A stretch of 48,003 bases of DNA from an uncultured Ruminococcus sp. (GTDB taxonomy: Bacteria; Bacillota; Clostridia; UBA1212), in contig CACZNV010000157.1 of assembly GCA_902782645.1 (NCBI GenBank), positions 1 to 48,003 of the forward strand, given 5' to 3'. The notes beneath the pieces were generated by a model. It was given only the letters and a program-made list of their open reading frames with translations, made no database searches and was not told where the DNA came from. Both the position numbers and the translations under genes were made by a program. Each line of letters begins with the position of its first letter. The first letter of the stretch is position 1. This document shows positions 42,679 through 48,003 of the stretch, piece by piece.

Positions 42679-44625
42679 TCATTCTCCGGGAAAAAGATAG
42701 AGGTTGAAACAGCCGGATTCGTCGGGTGTGCCGTCAAACAATGCGGTCTTTTCCGGGTCAGCGTAAGGGGTCCCGTATCCGTCTCTGAAATGCAGGTACG
42801 CGTAGTCGTCTTTCGGTATCGTCAGTGTGTATTTGATTTCACTCTGCGTGCCTGCGTCGTAAATCACGTTGACCGTTTTGGTTTCTTCGCCGTCGGTCGT
42901 GAGGTGTTTGACCTTTCTTGCCAACATATCCTCATAATTTGACGTGATGTCCACGTCGTAGCAGACCGCGGTCATGTCAAAAAACATACGTGTATCGCCA
43001 AGGACTAAATACTCGTATGATGTTAATATTTCCAGAGTTTCCGCGGATATTGTATATTCCACCTCCAGAACCGCACCGACATAGCGGTCCTGTTCTTCAT
43101 TGTTCTTGGCTTCGAGGGCTTTGCGGGTGTCGGCCTCGTTCATCCTTGTAATCACTGTGAGGGTGCCGTTGCCGTTATCGATGACATTGACAATTTTTTC
43201 GGTGGCGGTCGTGTCCTTGTTTATCGGAGTGGACAGATCTTCGGGGCGCACAGCTCCCGCCGCTTTCATCTCCTCTTCGCTCATTGCAAACCAGTCGACA
43301 CTGAACTTCACCGAGCCGTCCTGGAGAATTCTTCTGCAGAAGTTTCCGTCACTGTCGATCAGATTCTCATAGTCGCCGTAGTTGCTCTCGTAATACAGAC
43401 CCTGTTTGTAGCAGAAGAACCAATCGGTTCCGTACATACTGTGCGATTCAACGTATGCCGTCTCATGGTTCTTAAAAACGCTTTCAGGCAAGTTTGCGTT
43501 AACAAGCGCCTCCATGGTGACGTCGCCAATGCCGTAAACCTGTTTTCTGAGCTTCAGCGCCTCCAGGGACAATGTGTAGAATCTGTTATAAACAGCATCC
43601 GAGGGGTTGGTCAGCACGTAAACGCTCAAGTCAGACTTTTCGTCCCAGTTAATGATCTTATCCACAGATAAATAGTCGGCGTCGGAGAAAACGGCGGAAC
43701 CTTCGTCCGAGTCAACCGTAAAGGTGCTGCCTTTGGGCATGGTGAGACTCACCCGGTACTCATTCTCGGTGTCCTTGTCAACCGTGACGTCAACAGTCAT
43801 CATTGGCTTGTTCACGGTTTCAAATTCAGCCCGGAGAGTGCGGCAGGAAGAAGGCTCTTCGGTATCGTATAAGGCCTCTATGGAGTAAACGAGTCCGGTT
43901 TTACCGTCTTTTTCGGCAGACAACGAATTCGACACAAGCTCGCAGTTTTCGGCATTTACTACAAGTTCCGCATGTATGATCTCGCCGTCATATTCTCTTC
44001 GGAGAGTCCCCTCGACAACTTTTCTGCTCTGTTCACCGTCGTAAACGGTCAGAATATGGATCATGCCGTCCTCTTTGAAAGCTTTTTCAAAAAACTCATG
44101 TTCTCTGTCAAGGAACTGATTTTCTTCGACTCCGAACACCTTGTAGAACGGATCATACTCGTCAGCAACTACTAAGATGCCGCAGCAGGTTGAAGCCTGT
44201 CCTTCCCCGTCCGGCTCATTTTTGTAGTATGTGCGGTTTTTGTAGTACCGCGCATAGTTCAGGCCCGGCCAATCCTCAAATAAGCACTCCCCGGTCTCCC
44301 AACAGGTATTATTCCACTCCGGTTTTTCCGCGTATGTGAACACATACTGCAGAGAACTGTGGCGACTTATCAAAGTGTCAAACTGGTTTTCTGTAAAGAC
44401 GCGGTGAGAAAGATCAGTAAAGGAGGCCTCGTCTATGATCTCCCGAACCTTGCCGTCGTCAGGCGAAGCAGAAGGCAAGTCTGAAGGCGCAGCCGTTGGC
44501 GACGCGGAAGGTAAAGGTTCTTTCTCGTCTCTGCAGCCTGCGAACACGCCAAGCGCAACAGTTATTGAAATCAGCACGATGATTATGCGTTTCATGTTCA
44601 TTGATTTGTACCCCGATCGTTTCAT
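42679..44625 (-). CDS. Large lipoprotein of unknown function
   Basis: 648-aa ORF with a signal peptide and lipobox FAGC. A short Ser/Pro-rich linker follows, then no motif I recognise. The start is ambiguous among three ATGs (44625, 44601, 44595). Confidence 0.6.
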   Translation of the reverse strand: MKRSGYKSMNMKRIIIVLISITVALGVFAGCRDEKEPLPSASPTAAPSDLPSASPDDGKVREIIDEASFTDLSHRVFTENQFDTLISRHSSLQYVFTYAEKPEWNNTCWETGECLFEDWPGLNYARYYKNRTYYKNEPDGEGQASTCCGILVVADEYDPFYKVFGVEENQFLDREHEFFEKAFKEDGMIHILTVYDGEQSRKVVEGTLRREYDGEIIHAELVVNAENCELVSNSLSAEKDGKTGLVYSIEALYDTEEPSSCRTLRAEFETVNKPMMTVDVTVDKDTENEYRVSLTMPKGSTFTVDSDEGSAVFSDADYLSVDKIINWDEKSDLSVYVLTNPSDAVYNRFYTLSLEALKLRKQVYGIGDVTMEALVNANLPESVFKNHETAYVESHSMYGTDWFFCYKQGLYYESNYGDYENLIDSDGNFCRRILQDGSVKFSVDWFAMSEEEMKAAGAVRPEDLSTPINKDTTATEKIVNVIDNGNGTLTVITRMNEADTRKALEAKNNEEQDRYVGAVLEVEYTISAETLEILTSYEYLVLGDTRMFFDMTAVCYDVDITSNYEDMLARKVKHLTTDGEETKTVNVIYDAGTQSEIKYTLTIPKDDYAYLHFRDGYGTPYADPEKTALFDGTPDESGCFNLYLFPGE

Positions 44626-44712
44626 TTTTTGAGAACCCCGAATTCAGTTTCCTGAGGGCCTTTTCGGAAGTCCCGGACAATCCGACTCTTTTAGTTCTGT
44701 TTCAGACAGTGT

Positions 44713-44741
44713 ATTATAACAAACCCGATAAAGGCTTTCAA
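44713..44741 (-). promoter_or_regulatory. Consensus promoter, TTGAAA-17-TATAAT with a TG extension (lipoprotein gene)
   Basis: The minus strand reads TTGAAAgcctttatcgggttTGtTATAAT. Confidence 0.75.
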
Positions 44742-44861
44742 TCATTCCTGCTTTTTGAGCTCGCCCGCTATGCTTGAAGCAAACTTGAACTTATACGGTC
44801 GTACTGATTATGACTGTTTTTCTTTTTTGAATTTTGTTAATATTGGCGTGTTTTGTATCAT

Positions 44862-46709
44862 TCATATTTTGTTGAAAGCGTAGATCCGGTAGTAAATGTC
44901 CTTCCTGCCTTCATCCATAAGATAGTTTACCCTGTCCCGCACATTTCTCGAGGAGAGAGCATTCGCAGCCTCAACACCGTATTGCGTTCCTGCGCCTGAA
45001 TTTATCTCCGCAACCAGCTCGTCAACTGTTTTTCCCTCGTTATAGGGTCTTCCGAGGAAATCGGTTGCGGCGTCTATGCTGTCGGCAATCGCCAATATAT
45101 CCACAAACGGGCGGTTTTTTGTCTGTTTTGCGTCAATCGGGTAGCCCCGGGTGCCGTCATGCCAGAGGTGGTGGGTCAGAGCGCAATCCCGTATGCATTT
45201 CACCCTCTCGTCCAAGCCTTCAGCAGCCTGATAGATGTGTTCAAAGTGGCCCGGGTGCTCCTTGATGAGGTTGAACTCGTCAGCCGTCAGGCGCCGCATG
45301 GAGTTTTCAACCACGTCGAGCATGAAGAACTTGCCGATGTCGTGGAACATGCAGCAGTCCGAAAGCAGCTCCCGCATCTCCTCTTTATGGGTCTTTATGT
45401 AATCCGTCCCCCGGTTTGCCACGCCCTCAAACGCCTCAGGCGTTTTTTCGATCATCTCGTCAAATATTGCCCGGCTGATCTCGCGAACCATTGCCGTGTG
45501 TATGTAAAGCACCTTGTCGGCATAGACTGTTGTCTCAAGAATGATGTCCGAGAACTCGTCAAAGGAACCCGTGAGAGAAGCGGCGCCAAGGAACAGTACT
45601 ATGCACCTGTTAAACTGTATGTTGTTGACCGCTCGGGACATCTCCATGAGCCTGGGCAACACCTCCCGCACCCGCTCCCTGCTGCGTCTGAGTATTTCTT
45701 CCTTCGGTAAAGGGCTGAACAGGTACAGGAAAGTCAGGTATGCGTAGTTTACCTCGGCAAGCCCGTTGGCCTGTTCCACCGGATTCTCACTTTCGGATGC
45801 CGCCCGCTGAATGTCCGTCAGCCCCTCAAGCAGTTCGTCCAGGGTGATACTGCCAAGGTGATACTCCGCCGTCAAAAGCAGGTACCTGAAGTTGTTTACC
45901 ACGAAGCCAAAAGCCTTTGCCTGCTCTGTACGCTCCTCCAGCCAGTTGTAAACATCTTCGACAAAGGGCCCTGCGGACTCCATGTCCACAGAAAAACCGT
46001 GCCTGCGCGCATAAAGACAGTGGGAGTTAAACACCTCAAGCACATTGACGTTGAAGCTGAACAGCAGCCCCTCCTCCGGTCGGGCAGGCGGGCACCCCAT
46101 ATTCGCCGCAAGCTTCTCCCTGATGTATTTAAAACGCTCGACAGGAAAGCTTTCAGGCCCTGTAATTACCATGTAAACCAGCATCTTGAGCACAAGCATC
46201 CTCGTACTGCCGCCAAGCCCGCTCGCCTCCGCCTTCTCCTCAAGCTCCTTAATCTTCCCGATGTAGGGAAGGTCCCGCATGCGGTATGAATGCTGGTTGA
46301 CAAGCATTTGATAAGCAACGCAGCACTTCTGCAGCGCAAACGCATAGTTGTCCCTGTCGCCCTGCCTCTCGTAAAACTCCGCAAGGAGATTCGCCAGGCG
46401 CAGCATGACCCCGTAGTCCGTCACGAAATCCGCCAAGTGCACTCCGCTGGGCAAAAGCGTCTCCAAAAACTTCCTCAACGCCAATGCATCCTCCGCCGTC
46501 ATGGCTCCCGGATCCTTCTCAAAGGTCTCGATATACTCGCAGATCATCGTATTGGCGGTTTCGGCAATCAAATTCTTTTTTCTTGACCGCTCCACCAGTT
46601 TCGCCACAACAAACTCCTTCCCGTCCTCCGGGGAGAAGCGCATGTTTTCCAGCTCGTTGTACGCCTTAAGCTGTCTCACATATTCATCTACGGGATAAGT
46701 GTATTTCAT
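44862..46709 (-). CDS. HD-GYP domain protein (candidate cyclic-dinucleotide phosphodiesterase) with a helical N-terminal region of about 420 aa and unknown function
   Basis: 615-aa ORF. It has the C-terminal motifs FHDIGKF (HD) and HHLWHDGTRGYP (HHxxxDGxGYP). Confidence 0.8.
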   Translation of the reverse strand: MKYTYPVDEYVRQLKAYNELENMRFSPEDGKEFVVAKLVERSRKKNLIAETANTMICEYIETFEKDPGAMTAEDALALRKFLETLLPSGVHLADFVTDYGVMLRLANLLAEFYERQGDRDNYAFALQKCCVAYQMLVNQHSYRMRDLPYIGKIKELEEKAEASGLGGSTRMLVLKMLVYMVITGPESFPVERFKYIREKLAANMGCPPARPEEGLLFSFNVNVLEVFNSHCLYARRHGFSVDMESAGPFVEDVYNWLEERTEQAKAFGFVVNNFRYLLLTAEYHLGSITLDELLEGLTDIQRAASESENPVEQANGLAEVNYAYLTFLYLFSPLPKEEILRRSRERVREVLPRLMEMSRAVNNIQFNRCIVLFLGAASLTGSFDEFSDIILETTVYADKVLYIHTAMVREISRAIFDEMIEKTPEAFEGVANRGTDYIKTHKEEMRELLSDCCMFHDIGKFFMLDVVENSMRRLTADEFNLIKEHPGHFEHIYQAAEGLDERVKCIRDCALTHHLWHDGTRGYPIDAKQTKNRPFVDILAIADSIDAATDFLGRPYNEGKTVDELVAEINSGAGTQYGVEAANALSSRNVRDRVNYLMDEGRKDIYYRIYAFNKI

Positions 46710-46756
46710 GTCTCTGACACCCTGTATTTATTCAATCACTGCCTGATTATACTGTT

Positions 46757-47662
46757 TTATTCAACTGCCGCCAATATACTCAGGTATTCGTCCAGTCTCT
46801 CGCTGACATATCCGGCAATCAGATCCGTCATTGCACCTGCGTCGCCTTGGCGGTAATACGCGTCAAAAGCGTCGTAGTACTTCTTCCGGTCCGTGAACTT
46901 TACGTTTATTGGCGGAAAACCGGCGCGAATCAGTTCCAGGTTCATTATCAGACGCCCGGTTCGACCGTTGCCGTCAATAAAAGGATGAATTCCCTCAAAT
47001 TCCAGATGGAAACGGGCAATGCGCTCGATGGGATTCATGCTTTCTCTGCGCTCCTCGTTGACCGTCAGCAGCTCGCTGATTTTTGGCTCAATCATATACG
47101 GCTGCACCGGCTGCGTATAAGCACCCATAATGCGGACAGGAATCCTGCGAAAAACGCCTTTATCCTCCGGCCGATCCATCAAAACCAGTGCATGAATACT
47201 CTTTATAACAGACTCGCTGAGGGGGTACTCCCGGCTTGCGATATCCTCTATATACATGAACGCATCCCTGTGCCCAACCGCCTCCAGATGATCCTTCAAG
47301 GGCTTTTGACCTACGGTTAACCCTTCCAGCACCATCGCCGTCTCTTTAAGGGTAAGCGTGTTGCCTTCAATGGCATTGGAGTTGTATGTGAATTCAACCG
47401 TGAACTCTTCTTGCAGCAGTTTGACTTCTCCGGGTGTCAGCGGCCGCATTTTGCTTAGGCGCTCCCGTTTTGCTTCAATCTCGCCAAGGAAACCTGCACG
47501 TGTTTTTCGCCCGTCAAGAGGCTTCGCCGCGTTTTCCGGAATCATGTACAGACTGCCCTTCCTTATAACGCCCGGTATCTTGCCTTCCTCGCAAAGGGCC
47601 CTGACCCTGCGTGTTGAAATGCCCCATTTTTCCGCTGCCTGCGTAACTTTAATATATTCCAT
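46757..47662 (-). CDS. Fic-family protein with an N-terminal excisionase/MerR-like HTH
   Basis: 301-aa ORF with the Fic motif HPFIDGNGRTGR and the upstream inhibitory-helix motif SNAIEG ((S/T)xxxE(G/N)). The N-terminus IKVTQAAEKWGISTRRVRALCEEGKIPG is HTH-like. GGAGGA RBS. Confidence 0.9.
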   Translation of the reverse strand: MEYIKVTQAAEKWGISTRRVRALCEEGKIPGVIRKGSLYMIPENAAKPLDGRKTRAGFLGEIEAKRERLSKMRPLTPGEVKLLQEEFTVEFTYNSNAIEGNTLTLKETAMVLEGLTVGQKPLKDHLEAVGHRDAFMYIEDIASREYPLSESVIKSIHALVLMDRPEDKGVFRRIPVRIMGAYTQPVQPYMIEPKISELLTVNEERRESMNPIERIARFHLEFEGIHPFIDGNGRTGRLIMNLELIRAGFPPINVKFTDRKKYYDAFDAYYRQGDAGAMTDLIAGYVSERLDEYLSILAAVE

Positions 47663-47699
47663 TCAGGAGTTCCTCCTTCCATAGAAGCATACGTTACGT

Positions 47700-47728
47700 A
47701 TAATATTGCAAAATCGGAATAAAGTCAA
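47700..47728 (-). promoter_or_regulatory. Fic promoter, TTGACT-17-TATTAT, with a TTATTCCGA repeat in the spacer
   Basis: The minus strand reads TTGACTttattccgattttgcaaTATTAT. Confidence 0.65.
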
Positions 47729-47784
47729 TGATATTTGCTGATTTGTTTCAGTTTTTATTCCGATTATTAATATTTTCGGAATAA
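47714..47784. repeat. Three copies of the 9-mer TCGGAATAA: 47714..47722 and 47776..47784 direct, 47755..47763 inverted
   Basis: Read directly from the sequence. The inverted and last direct copies form a 9-bp stem with a 12-nt AT loop. Confidence 0.85.
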
Positions 47785-47805
47785 TTGCGTGCCGGTGAGG
47801 CAAAA

Positions 47806-47898
47806 ATTTCAATTGCCTAATGTTTGAATTCAATTGCCCATTTTTGAGTAATAATTAGGCAATTGAAATAAAAAATAAAGAGCGCGACGGCAATTGAT
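47806..47898. repeat. Four copies of TCAATTGCC / GGCAATTGA (two direct, two inverted), including a perfect 16-bp inverted repeat ATTTCAATTGCCTAAT
   Basis: TTCAATTGCC occurs at 47808..47817 and 47829..47838. GGCAATTGA occurs at 47858..47866 and 47889..47897. The 16-mer at 47806..47821 equals the reverse complement of 47854..47869. Confidence 0.85.
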
Positions 47899-47917
47899 AA
47901 CAACATCACGCTCTCTA

Positions 47918-47993
47918 TGGCGCCCACTGTAGGACTCGAACCTACGACCCTGCGGTTAACAGCCGCATGCTCTACCGATTGAGCTAAGTGGGC
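47918..47993 (-). tRNA. tRNA-Asn (anticodon GUU), CCA encoded
   Basis: The reverse complement is GCCCACTTAGCTCAATCGGTAGAGCATGCGGCTGTTAACCGCAGGGTCGTAGGTTCGAGTCCTACAGTGGGCGCCA. Acceptor stem GCCCACT/AGTGGGC, anticodon loop CTGTTAA. Confidence 0.93.
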
Positions 47994-48003
47994 ATATTCT
48001 TAA

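Noticed and set aside
42679-47917. A genomic island integrated at tRNA-Asn carrying the lipoprotein, HD-GYP and Fic genes.
   Set aside because: There is no integrase, recombinase or phage gene in the window. By eye I found no duplicated copy of the tRNA 3' end. The base composition of the three genes is similar to the rest of the window. I keep this only as a possibility in the findings.

Overview
This 48-kb chromosomal segment reads like a Clostridia-type Firmicute. By eye it is a little over half GC, with GGAGG Shine-Dalgarno sites, frequent TTG/GTG starts and CCA-encoded tRNAs. The housekeeping order is recA-recX-rimO-pgsA-plsX-acpP-rnc, and most genes are on the minus strand.

Content from left to right:
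- 1-6.8 kb: a TetR regulator, a cytoplasmic GH78-like hydrolase, a CmpB-type membrane protein, a surface lipoprotein with a long Pro/Thr linker and a DUF4091-like domain, and a nucleoside hydrolase.
- 7-12.7 kb: small membrane proteins, an S41 protease, comEA, a radical SAM protein and a ThuA-like protein.
- 12.8-19.6 kb: the housekeeping block rnc/acpP/plsX/pgsA/rimO/recX/recA plus an SDR.
- 19.6-22.6 kb: an ECF transporter module (T, fused A-A, S), followed by tRNA-Arg and tRNA-Ser.
- 23.1-27.2 kb: a minimal Tad/Flp pilus-like operon (tadA-tadB-tadC-flp) ending in an FHA-domain protein.
- 27.4-29.6 kb: a second GH78-like gene.
- 29.6-30.6 kb: an AT-rich islet with an AtaT/TacT-like GNAT gene plus a 53-aa partner.
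- 30.8-36.8 kb: a sugar-acid operon with two Gfo/Idh/MocA genes, two TIM-barrel isomerase genes, an SDR and uxuA.
- 36.9-42.4 kb: a seven-gene TetR-ABC exporter-GNAT operon.
- 42.7-48 kb: an orphan lipoprotein, an HD-GYP protein, an HTH-Fic protein and tRNA-Asn.

The most unusual signals are non-coding:
- Eight exactly 10-bp-phased TTCGAC repeats lie between the Tad operon and a consensus promoter.
- A repeated leader/MITE-like motif family (GCGTAAAGAGYC.AAAATC) occurs at four loci. One copy is a 159-bp TIR element flanked by a 20-bp duplication of a gene 3' end. Another is a tandem 36-nt duplication that builds mutually exclusive hairpins at a Shine-Dalgarno site.
- Operator-like repeat clusters lie upstream of the nucleoside hydrolase and the Fic gene.

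No CRISPR array, rRNA, transposase or integrase gene was seen. All functional calls rest on motif recognition by eye; no database search was possible.
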